Source: Ginkgo biloba
Lineage: Eukaryota > Plantae > Ginkgophyta
Reading direction: 5' to 3'
NCBI GenBank assembly: GCA_024626585.2
Contig: JANKJI020000002.1
Coordinates: forward strand, 49,688,276-49,712,332
DNA: 24,057 nt
The notes beneath the pieces were generated by a model. That model was not told where the DNA came from and did no database searches. It worked only from the letters and a program-made list of their open reading frames with translations. How positions within the stretch are numbered: position 1 is the first letter of the stretch; every line of letters starts with the position of its first letter. The translations under genes were made by a program, and so were the position numbers. Positions 1 through 10,458 of the stretch are shown here, one piece after another.

Positions 1-937
1 TGATGTACCTAATGGCAGAGTATTGAAATACACCTTAAAGTTAAAGAGGCATTGATTGTAAGTGAAGGGGTATTATTCTCTTCAACTCTCTTTAATCTTT
101 GCAAACTTTACTATAATATCCTCTATGTATAAGTTGTATGGACCTATCCATATCTATAACAAGTTCCTTTGTAAAATATGAGCTTGCACGAATTTAAGAA
201 AAATGTGTGACACTTCCTACAAGAACTACAGGTTTTTTTTACTATGCTACACTTTCTCTTGAAGCATCACCATGGGTTTTACTCAGAACTAAAACTTGTG
301 CATATAGATTCTTCATACATGTTGATCCCTGCATGCGACTTGAGAAAGTTACCTGTCAATACTCACAAACCTGTCACAACACTTGCATGGTCCCCTACAC
401 AAGATTCTTAGTTTATAAATATTCTCACAAGTGGAAAAGAATCTAGTCATGATCTTATGAACTCAAAGGATTGGACAAAGAAGAAGAATATCTTTATTAC
501 AAATAACTCAAGATTACAATATGAAAAGATACAATTGTGTGAGGAAAAAGACTATGGACTATGGCTTCTTTTATTAAAAAGTCATAGTATATACATAGTA
601 ACATATGACTTATAAGGAAGTATACCCATGCATACTTCCATTAGCCTATGAATGAATTCATACTAACTTAGGCATGTTTTAGAATAGTAACATGCCTATG
701 CACACCCTTTGTTCTAAAATTATATCCATATAAAGATCTAATATAGTGAGATCCCAAAGTGAGAGAAAATCATAAATGGAACAAAAAATCTCACAAACAA
801 TAATTAACAAATATGAATAATCTTCTCATAAGATTACTCTATATAGTCCTTCATAGGACTTATCATGGTCACATCCCCTTAACTAAGCTATACCCCATGG
901 GACCATATGTTATCCCCCTCCTAGTAATGGAACATCA
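1..937 (-). mobile_element. Candidate LTR (solo or 5' LTR) with TGATGT...ACATCA termini
   Basis: The window begins TGATGTACC and 929-937 reads GGAACATCA, an 8/9 inverted repeat with TG...CA ends. The minus strand has an AT-rich TATA-like stretch near 569-580 and an AATAAA near 493-498, and no credible ORF. No polypurine tract flanks 937. The TSD cannot be checked because the left flank is outside the window. Confidence 0.45.
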
Positions 938-1293
938 TATGGTTTACACGCCTATGAGAATTCAATATATTAATCATAAAATAGTTATAGGTCTACTTAA
1001 GAAATCTAGGACTCAATTTCTAATACAGTTCTTGTATTTAATTACAATATTAACTTTTTATAAAAATAAATCCTAATTTGTATGTTTCTTTGAGATTTTA
1101 AGTGAAAAATGGCTTATGGGCACTATGGATTATCGTTTCCTTACTAATAAGGTAGTGTTTCCAATACTTGATTGAATGAATAATTCCATACATNNNNNNN
1201 NNNNNNNNNNNNNNNNNNNNNNNNNNNNNNNNNNNNNNNNNNNNNNNNNNNNNNNNNNNNNNNNNNNNNNNNNNNNNNNNNNNNNNNNNNNNN

Positions 1294-2750
1294 CTAATAA
1301 ATCACTTTTTGGGAGTCTTGGAATTTTGAGATTCAAGATGACTTGTTTAAAGTTAAACTATTTTGCCAATGTTCTTTCAAAATTTCTTTTATTTCCTTAT
1401 CCATTTATTTGGAACAACTTTAAACTCATTATCTTGTATTGTTCATCATACATGGTCTTCTTGTTTCAAATCTATCTCTTTGGGACTTACCATTTTATCT
1501 AATAAGGACCACCCATGTCTTTATTTCATAATAAAAAGTTATTTGGTTAAGTTCCTTCACCTTCATTATTTTAGAAGACTGTGCCATTATTAGGTCAATT
1601 TATTATTTTACAACTCTTTTTGAATTATCTTTAATTTTTCCAACTTTATTGGATATCTCCATCTTTTTATGGACAACCTTTTTCGTGAAAATTATTCGCT
1701 TCCATTCACTACTTTAAGTTGTATATTTTTCTTTCTTGCGAGTTTATGCATATGACCATTCTTCATGTCAAATTTGCATATTTGATGAAATTGAGTCAGA
1801 CACTTTTTATAATTTCCAACTTCTTCCAACTATTTTCTAATTTTTCAACAACTTGATAAAATTTTCCATCATTCTATGCATTCTCTTTTCCAATTTTACA
1901 AGGCAACTTGGAATCTTTGTTGATTTCCTTTTGACACTTAGATAATTTCCTCTCTCATCCATCTTTTTTCATGATTTAATGTTGCCATTTTAATCTTGAA
2001 GAGTCACCATTTGACTTTTAGTCTGATGTTTGGGAATTAAAGAAACACCATCTTCATAATTTATCCCTCTTTTTAGAATTTTTCTCTTACATATTCACTC
2101 CTTACCCTTTGCGAGTGAAGGTAATTTTATTTTCAAGTTCTTTCTAAACTTCCACTCAAAATCCTTTTTTTTTCTTAAGATATCTTCCAAAGTATGTCAA
2201 CTACTCTCTTATCTTCAATTTATAGGTAGCTTCCTATTTATTTACTATAATGTCAACCCAACTTCCAATTTAAGTTAATTTCTACTTCTTAAAACCAATC
2301 TTCATGGTCTTTTCTTCATGGATCTTTCTATCCTATGTGTAAATAATATCTTCCTTTTTAATTTTCTTGGAAACTTGAAGCCAATTATTTAAGAACATAA
2401 TGTAAGGAAACCTAATCTTATTGCATTTATGAATCTAACCTTCCATGTAGATTTATTATCCTTTTCTTAAGTTGGTATTTCCAATCTATGGATAATCCAT
2501 TGATAGTTAAGAATTTTTTCCTTTACATGTCAAAATTTGTTGCAAGTTATTATTTTAACAATGCCTTGCAACTTTTTACCACTTCTCCTAAGAACAAATA
2601 ACTCCATCTTATTTTTCTTTTCATTAAAATTCTTTATTCTTAGTTAATTTTTCATGATTTTGATTAGTTCCTTATCCCTTTGTGAAGCATGTGCATTCGT
2701 ATACCTTTTCCATCTTACTTAGAGGCTTATCTTAACAACAAACTTCTTAT
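1294..2750 (-). pseudogene. Highly degenerate A-rich coding remnant, possibly a retrotransposon accessory ORF
   Basis: Strong strand asymmetry (T-rich on +). Minus-strand fragments in different frames near 2300-2520 read KKFLTINGLSIDWKYQLK and RFPYIMFLNNWLQVSKKIKKEDIIYT. These loosely resemble, from memory, accessory ORFs of seed-plant LTR elements. There are many stops and frameshifts. Confidence 0.25.
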
Positions 2751-2851
2751 NNNNNNNNNNNNNNNNNNNNNNNNNNNNNNNNNNNNNNNNNNNNNNNNNN
2801 NNNNNNNNNNNNNNNNNNNNNNNNNNNNNNNNNNNNNNNNNNNNNNNNNNG

Positions 2852-3048
2852 TGTTATCCCCCTTTTTTTTTTTTTTTTGTGGTTATTTCATGATTAGTAT
2901 TATTATTTCATTAATATTTTATTTGTAGTTATACTGTTACTATTACAAATTTACACATTATTATTATTTTGAGCAACTTTGGACTAATCTTATAATCGTG
3001 TTGCTCTTTATTTGTATTATTTGGTTAGTGTCATAGATTGACATAACA
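2852..3048 (+). mobile_element. Candidate short (197 bp) 5' LTR
   Basis: Bounded by the perfect 6-bp inverted repeat TGTTAT...ATAACA and followed 2 nt later by a tRNA-iMet PBS. The left boundary abuts an assembly gap, so the true LTR may be longer. Confidence 0.5.
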
Positions 3049-3050
3049 TT

Positions 3051-3063
3051 TGATATCAGAGCC
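3051..3063 (+). promoter_or_regulatory. Primer-binding site (tRNA-iMet type)
   Basis: TGATATCAGAGCC versus consensus TGGTATCAGAGCC (one G>A), immediately after ...AACA-TT. It is followed by a pyrimidine-rich leader (about 3064-3490). Confidence 0.65.
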
Positions 3064-4639
3064 ACTTTGACTCTCAGCTCATGCATTCCATAATGTGTTT
3101 ACTATCACTATTGTTCATCACTATTCATTAATTATCCATCCAACTTTTCATCAAAAAAATTGTCAGGTCATTGTTCAGAACTACTCTGAATTCCTTGGCA
3201 TTTGCTTCTTGTCATCTTCTTTCATTTTTTACTAGTTGTTGTTTCCTTCTTACACTATTTTGCCGTAGATTACCATTTTTTCACTATCACCTATTCTTAT
3301 TTCTCTTTTCCCTCCCCTTGCCCACTATCACACATGCACATTTCTCTTTTCCCTCTCCTTGCCCATTGTCATGCACACTTGTTTCTCTTATATTCCAATT
3401 GCTTCTCAAACCATTTGTAGCTGAATCTAATTTATCTCCTTGTCGCCTACCATCATTCCATCTTCATTTTGTCATTGTGAGACATTAACTATCATTAAGA
3501 AGAGAACATATTTCATCACCGAATCTCGACCCTTTGAAAGCTAATAGAAATATACATACTTTGGAGTAAGCTTAAGATTTAGTGAACATTCTTTTGTGAG
3601 ATATTCTAGTCATAATAACAGGGTATGAGACCATCCTAAGTCAACTAAAATGAGAGAAAATTAAAACCTAAATGTATTTGACCTTGTATATAGCAACTTA
3701 AATGATGATAATTCTTACTAGAGGTGCTAGATTAGAACTAAAAGAAAATTTGACCTTTATAATTACTTCAAATGGGTGATTTCTTCTAATGGTTTTAAAT
3801 ATGACATTTTGAATTATGTTGATTCCTTGATTTGATGTAGGATGAATTCCACTTATAAATGGAGGTTTCACTTCTATAGAGTGATTTTATATGCAACATA
3901 AATTGAAAAGGAAAAATAACTATGGTTGCAAAGAATTTAGAAAAGCACATTCAAACACTCTTAATGATAGATTTGCAAACTTGTATTATGAAAATAAATT
4001 AAATTACATATGCGAGAAAAATAATGATCTCAATCCATTAATTACATTATTTTAATAGAGTCTCGACATCTAACTAATCTAGACCTATCTTCATATGCTA
4101 AGATAATCAAATATTATCAATTAATGTTACAATCACAAACCAAATTTGGCTCCATAATATAAGTTAATTAAAGAGTGCCTACTAATGGTGTAATCATAAA
4201 TTAGTTATAATCTAATTACAAGTGAAATTATATCTAAATATTAAGTGGATTTGTAATAAATTCATCACTTAAGGGTGTTTAATACATGAAGATTGAGTAA
4301 GTGGAAGGGGTATCCATTTGGTCTAGTTGTGAAACTTATAATTTCCTCTCAGTGATAATATTTGAAGCTAATACTATAAAATAATTATGGAAAATATCAC
4401 TAAAAGACTATTTGAGAGACACATTTGGGGTAGTGAGGAAGTTGGCCCTTATTCATAGCCAAGTATGAAGTTGTGTGACCATTCCTCCTAGAGTGAACCT
4501 TAGTGTCAAAGAAGATGTTTTCTTAANNNNNNNNNNNNNNNNNNNNNNNNNNNNNNNNNNNNNNNNNNNNNNNNNNNNNNNNNNNNNNNNNNNNNNNNNN
4601 NNNNNNNNNNNNNNNNNNNNNNNNNNACCAAGTTTCAAA

Positions 4640-5850
4640 AAAAAAATTAAAATCATACTCAAGGTGTATAATCTATCTATCTTCCTTATTGAATTAATTT
4701 ATTTACAATATACTTAAAATAATTATGATCTACATTGAAATCAAAAGTACTACCCAAAAAGTAATATTTGAACTTTTGTAATGTATATATCATACCAAGA
4801 GCCCCTATTTTGATAATTTTATTAGTATGTTCTACCCTGCTTGTCTTTCTTCTAGGAATGAACTACATGATTAACATTCCCTTCATCTAAACGGATGAGT
4901 TATAATGGCTCCAATGGATGTGGAAAAAGTATCNNNNNNNNNNACATGTAGATAAAACTTTACTTTCCAATCTAAAAATTTTAATATAAATATTTATTTT
5001 AAGTAGTTCAAATATTGCTTGGCATCCTTCCAACTAACACATAGTTTATCCTTTCTAAGCAATCTCTCAAGTAGATTAGAAATCTTTGCATATACCCTAA
5101 TAAATTTTATATAATACCCATAATGTCCCAAGAACTTTATTACTTGAAATGAATTCATAAGCAACTAGATTTTAAGGATCACTCTTACTTTTGTAGGGTC
5201 CACCATCAATCCTTCCTTGTAAATAATGCATCCTAAGACATTTTCATATGAGGTTAGAAGATGACATTTTACAAAGTATAATCCTATTTATATCTATAAT
5301 CATCTTTACAACATTACCTTAAAATGATCAGTGTGTTCTTTAATTAATCCAAATATAAACTAATTATCTAAATAATTTATAAAATCTTAAGGATAAAGTC
5401 TTTGAATAAAGTTGTGATAATTATGGAGAATGTTGTTGGGGCATTATAGGGTCTGCATTTAACTACAAATGTCATCTTAATTTGGTAATTTGGATGGATT
5501 TGGACGTGATTATATCTATAAAACCCATATGCATATGAGTAGATCTCCCTTCCTATTACACTTTCCAGTATGTTTTTGTAAAAAAAAAAAAAAATGGGTC
5601 TTTCTTAGTAACATTATATAATTTTCTAAAATCGACATAAATCCTCAATTTGCCACTATTATCTCAAAAATGTCAATTTAATACATCCACTTACTATTCT
5701 CCATAAGATAAATACATCTTATACAATAAATTTTTAATTTCTTCTTGAATAAATTTTTAATATGTTGGATTCATCCTATAAGGCCTCTGCCATATAGGTT
5801 TGGCTCCCTACTCTAATGCAATTCTCAATTGACCACTCTTAGAAGGATGT
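4640..5850 (-). mobile_element. Degenerate Ty3/gypsy pol (reverse transcriptase + RNase H), non-chromovirus-like
   Basis: Minus-strand translation with stops and frameshifts: AKPIWQRPYRMNPTY, LRIYVDFRKLYNVTKKDPF, YNHVQIHPNYQIKMTF, NAPTTFS, YLDN (decayed YLDD, about 5363-5374), KEGLMVDPTKV, GYYIKFIRVYAKISNLLERLLRKD. RNase H reads ALGMIYTLQKFKYYFLGSTFDFNVDHNYFKYIVNK. The lineage assignment is inference from motif style. Confidence 0.9.
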
Positions 5851-5958
5851 CATTAGTGTATATATAGATAGATCAATTTGTAAAAATATCATAATCTCTA
5901 TGTTGCCCTATTATTATTTAAACCTTTATATAAAATGAATCGTTAAAATAATGAATAA

Positions 5959-6069
5959 TGCCATGAGGAAATAGTTCCTTATTTCTCAATGTCTCTCATA
6001 ACATATGGAAAATCAACAACTCTCAAAATTCTTCGTATGGGGTATTATTGGCCTACCATCTTTAAAGAT
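5959..6069 (+). mobile_element. Ty3/gypsy integrase zinc-binding (H2C2) fragment
   Basis: In-frame CHEEIVPYFSMSLITYGKSTTLKILRMGYYWPTIFKD matches the ...CH...TAxKILRxGYYWPTLFKD motif of Athila/Tat-type integrases. Truncated by the gap at 6070. Confidence 0.78.
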
Positions 6070-6740
6070 NNNNNNNNNNNNNNNNNNNNNNNNNNNNNNN
6101 NNNNNNNNNNNNNNNNNNNNNNNNNNNNNNNNNNNNNNNNNNNNNNNNNNNNNNNNNNNNNNNNNNNNNAAATACATTAATGTATTCCTAATATACTCTA
6201 TGACCTTAAACTATCATATCTTTATCCATCAGTCTCTTATTTCTCGTAGTTGTTTAATCTCCTAAGCTCTTATTCGATGTGGTTGTTGGTCTAGTTTGTC
6301 ATGTGCATATTTGGAAGACTCTTCAAGGACTTATTTGTCTACAATATTCTCTTTTCTAAATTCTCAAACACCATATTTTATTGAGATTCCTCATGTTCTA
6401 CTATTTCATTTCTTCATTAATGAAAAATCCACCACTCTTTTACTTTTTAGAATAATACATTGTTATCCCCANNNNNNNNNNNNNCTATATTTGGAATAAA
6501 TTCACAAGCTTGTCTTTAAAATGAGACCATTCCTTGTTATCTCCTCTTGTTTGGAAATGTTGGTACTAACTATATAATATCCCATATAATGTAATGCCTA
6601 GGGGATGTTCTCTATGGATAGTCTTTCTTTCATTTATTAATAGATGATTTTTTTTTTCACTCTTTTTCATTATCTTTTAAGAACATGATAGGACATTATT
6701 TCCCATCATATTATGATTTCATTTGTCTAGACTTTAATTT

Positions 6741-6950
6741 GTCAAATAAGGTTAGAAATGAGATATGAAGTTCTTTTAAATTCTATCTACCTTGAGTAAA
6801 ATGAGTTGTAAACCATGTCGAATCTTAATCTCTTAATCTCTTCTCAAACTAGTATAGGTTATTTTCATCATCAAATTCCATTGTGATAGTCTTAAACCAC
6901 TTTACATGTTTCTTTGAGTCAAGATCTCCATGTAAAGTTATTTTGGAGAG
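6741..6950 (-). mobile_element. Degenerate retrotransposon Gag core
   Basis: The minus strand reads LHGDLDSKKHVKWFKT...NLY*FEKRLRD*DSTWFTTHFTQGR*NLKELHISFLTLFD. This fits the F/YxG..DP..H...F / LF...L...A..WF / W..L...FL..F pattern of Retrotrans_gag. Confidence 0.55.
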
Positions 6951-8699
6951 TTTTCCCACAATTATTGATCTTGTTCTTCAGTTACTATTATGTAGCTATC
7001 AAAATAATGCATTTCATGCATCTTATTTTTTCATTCCATTGCAAGATCATTGGAATTGACTATTTCATAAGTGATCTTTTAAAAATTTATGACACAATCA
7101 TCATATAGTTCATACTTTTCTCTTGACATAGAGTTATATGAATTCTCAATATCTTAACCAATATCTATAGGCTACTCTTCAAATTCTTCCTCTGAAAATG
7201 ATTTTTCTTCTTTAATTATAATTAAGAGTACGAAATGAAATAGATAGAAGTGAAAATTAAAAAACACCGCGACACCCCCTTTTCACGGGCTCTAGGGTTG
7301 CTACGCGTCTTGCAAGTGGTAGCAAATGCCTATTGGTACATATCAACGCCAATCAAAGGCGTTGTACTAGTTTTACCACAACACTATTGCCATTTGTTAA
7401 TCCTTTTCTTGTTTACTCATTGCGATTGGGTTCGAGGGACAAGATATAAAACACAACTCCCCATTTCAAAAATTGAATTATTGTGTTCAATAAGCATATA
7501 AAATTTATACAAAATAATGTCCGATAATTTTTAACTTCTCGGCACCGATCTATAGGAATACAGTCCTCAAATTCCCCGACTACAATAAAATTAATGAATA
7601 AAAGTTGGATANNNNNNNNNNNNNNNNNNNNNNNNNNNNNNNNNNNNNNNNNNNNNNNNNNNNNNNNNNNNNNNNNNNNNNNNNNNNNNNNNNNNNNNNN
7701 NNNNNNNNNNNTGAACCTAAGAGGGCTCATTAAGAAAAATAGTTAACTTCAAATACCATGGCATTACCAAATGCATGTGTATCTAAACATTTAAATGAAA
7801 ACATCACAACATAGCTAGAGACATGTGTGAATGAATGTTATTTAGTGCTTTACCTATGTGTAGTAGAAAATAATCATTCATAGGTGTTACAACATATCCA
7901 GAAATACATACAAGGGAAACAAGCTTACTTTTTCATTAGTGTTCTCCAAAATATATTCTCCCACTAATGGGAAAGCTATAGAAGACCTTCATTGGCCAAT
8001 ATCCAGGCCTGCACATTGCTATCAACACCAAAAACACTAGTCGTTGCCCAACGATGGTATGTGAATCTATGAACCCCTTATTAGACTCACCAACCCCTTA
8101 GATAAAATATTAACCCTTATATAGACGACTCAAAACTCCTCCAAGAGGCCCCCTTGAGCCTTGATGATATCTCCCCTCATTATGGCAAATCGCCCACCAA
8201 TCTGATTAGTTGTACATAGGCATAATATCCCTCACTTGAGTGCCTTTAATTCATGGCTTAGGGTAGGTGTAGAGTTGTTTCCTTCTTTATTTCAGTTTCC
8301 TTGGACTGAATGCATTAATGACAGGCTTCTTTATAATCATCTACCACTACCTCTGTGAAAAATCAAGAAAAAATTCTTAGGGAATCCTTTGAATTATTCT
8401 GCACTACAAATTTGAATGACGACCGTCCATGTGGCAAGATCATAGAATCTTGGATGCATGTGCTTATTTATATTTGGCACAACCCTCATTTTTCTCCTAT
8501 TATTTATGTTTTATGGTTTCTCCCTTGAGAACCCACACAATCATACCACGTGGTATAATGTTATGAGTTGATGAAATCACATTTTTTACTTTCTTCTAAG
8601 TCTCTTTCTTATCCTTAGTCTTAAGATAAACTTTAGCTTTAACTTTACTTTTGTCCTTAGTTGTAAGCCTTATTTGAGTTCTATGTTTAGATGATGATT

Positions 8700-10030
8700 T
8701 TCCTTTTTACATGAATCCTTGTGCATGTCCTCTAGAGGTGTAGTTCACTTATTTATTTTATCTAAGTCTACGATTAGGCTCAACTCTCATCAACTTCACT
8801 CATTTCACATTCTCTAGAAAACTAGAAATCCTTTGGTCTCATGGGCACCAACTCCACCAACTTAGTAATATTTTACTTCAAATATTGAGAATGGGAAATT
8901 CTTTGATGTATAGTTTCATACATTGTATTTTTAACTCTTCATAATGTGGACATATCCCACTTTTTGTTCAACTTTAGTCCTGTACACTTTAGAAGAACAA
9001 ACTTCTTTTTTATTTTTACTTGAATTAATATTGGAGCTTTTGGATCATTCACTATCTTTTTTTTTCTATCTTCTTCTATTCTTTTGATTACTCCAACACT
9101 CATTATAACTATGACTCCATGTTTTAAATAAAACAATAATTATTTGTTGTCTTCTTTTTAAAGGAATTTTCATTTTTCTTAACTAATGAAGTGATTTCTT
9201 ATGTATAGACTATTATACCCTATAATGGATGGTCATTTTTAGAGTGACGCCCATCACTTTCTTTGTAGAAAATCTCTTCTCTAGCCTTGGCTATTTTACT
9301 TACTAGTTTATTCATTAACTCTTGGAATTCTTTATTATTTTAGTCAATTCATTAGTCTTCTCTAAGGCATTAACTCTAGTTCAATTTTCCACTTCTTCCA
9401 TTTGCATTACTTTTTGTTGTGACGCTAAGTCACAACAAGAGGCTAAAGAATCCCTAACCCAAGTTATAGGGAAGTTATAACCCTAAGAGTTCAAAAATAG
9501 CTTAAAATGGGCTTAGAAGGAGGGCGCATATGTTACTTAAGCTAAGGAGAAGTTTGTTAACAAAATAACACTTCCAGCTGACCTAGATGTAATCAAAAGT
9601 GTGGCACTCAAGTGTGGGGTATAAATAGAGATCATTCTTTCATTCTTTGGAATCATATCATCAAGAACATTTCTTATTCCACTTCAAGAAATTGAAGACC
9701 TCCAAAGGGAAGCAAGTTCATCCTATAAGCATTGTTTTGGGTAATAGGTGCCCCACACCCCATCCATCTTCTTTAGATAATAGGTGCCCCATAAATTCTT
9801 AAAACTCTTCTCTTGATCTACTCAGTGATTATCATATTCTGTGGTGATTGATTTACTACAACTAAATTATTTTTGGATTATTGATACTTGATCAATTACT
9901 TGAAATTATATATTTTACTTTAACTATGATTGTTACTTCTCTAAGATTATTTGGTAGGTATCCTAATTGGGATACTACACTTTTTGTATGGAATTCTAGT
10001 ATGTCCCCAGACCTCCTTGATCTACTCATG
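8700..10030 (-). mobile_element. Degenerate gag N-terminal remnant interrupted by a solo LTR
   Basis: Fragments CWSNQKNRRR*KKK and IQVKIKKKFVL (ORF 8939-9136) resemble Gag WW..Q..RRR.GK...W..MK.KLKKKFLP. A-rich minus-strand sequence continues on both sides of the 9415-9979 insertion, up to an ATG near 10029. Confidence 0.35.
9415..9979 (+). mobile_element. Solo LTR (565 bp) with 5-bp TSD CTTTT
   Basis: Termini TGTTGT...ACTACA. Identical flanks CTTTT at 9410-9414 and 9980-9984. TATA box TATAAATAG at about 9620. Internal 14-bp direct repeat TAATAGGTGCCCCA at 9742 and 9778. Confidence 0.82.
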
Positions 10031-10310
10031 CTCAGATGATATTATTTAAACCAAAAATTAACCAAACCACTTTTTTCTCCTCTATCCCTCCCCGGATGAT
10101 GATCCATTTTTTTTATCTAAGTTGATTTTCTGTTATTTTTTAAGTTAGTCAATTTGTAGATAAATTAGGAAATAATTATAAATTTTCATCATATGGTCAA
10201 CGAAGGAAATTTGTATCCTTTTTCATTAGCTTTGAATCAGTACTAAGAGTGCAAAAAATGAAGCTATGGTTTAAAAGTAATGCCTATTTTACCGATTGCC
10301 TGTCATTTTT

Positions 10311-10458
10311 GGTCTTTTCAACAAATGGGCCATGTTGTTTGATAAATATATTAGTATCATTTGATGAATGGACTAGATAATTCTACAAATAGACAAGGTA
10401 ATTCAATGAATAGGACCAGGTCATTTGACGAACAGACAATGTCATTCGATGAACAGAG
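10311..10458 (+). repeat. Degenerate tandem array, about 7 units of ~21 bp (consensus near GTCATTYGACGAAYAGACMAG)
   Basis: Units such as GTCATTTGACGAACAGACAAT, GTCATTCGATGAACAGAGG, ATAATTCTACAAATAGACAAG and GTAATTCAATGAATAGGACCAG are directly visible. Confidence 0.6.

Noticed and set aside
100-160. Minus-strand WIGPY resembling an integrase GPY/F motif
   Set aside because: The surrounding frame does not fit integrase and the segment is better explained as LTR sequence.
3171-3488. Hydrophobic 105-aa and 72-aa ORFs (also 20224-20428)
   Set aside because: Products of pyrimidine-rich low-complexity leader or LTR sequence, with non-ATG or weak starts and no recognisable motif.
8543-8556. Perfect 14-bp palindrome ATACCACGTGGTAT with a G-box
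   Set aside because: Isolated within TE-derived DNA with no promoter context; a single such palindrome in 24 kb is not remarkable.
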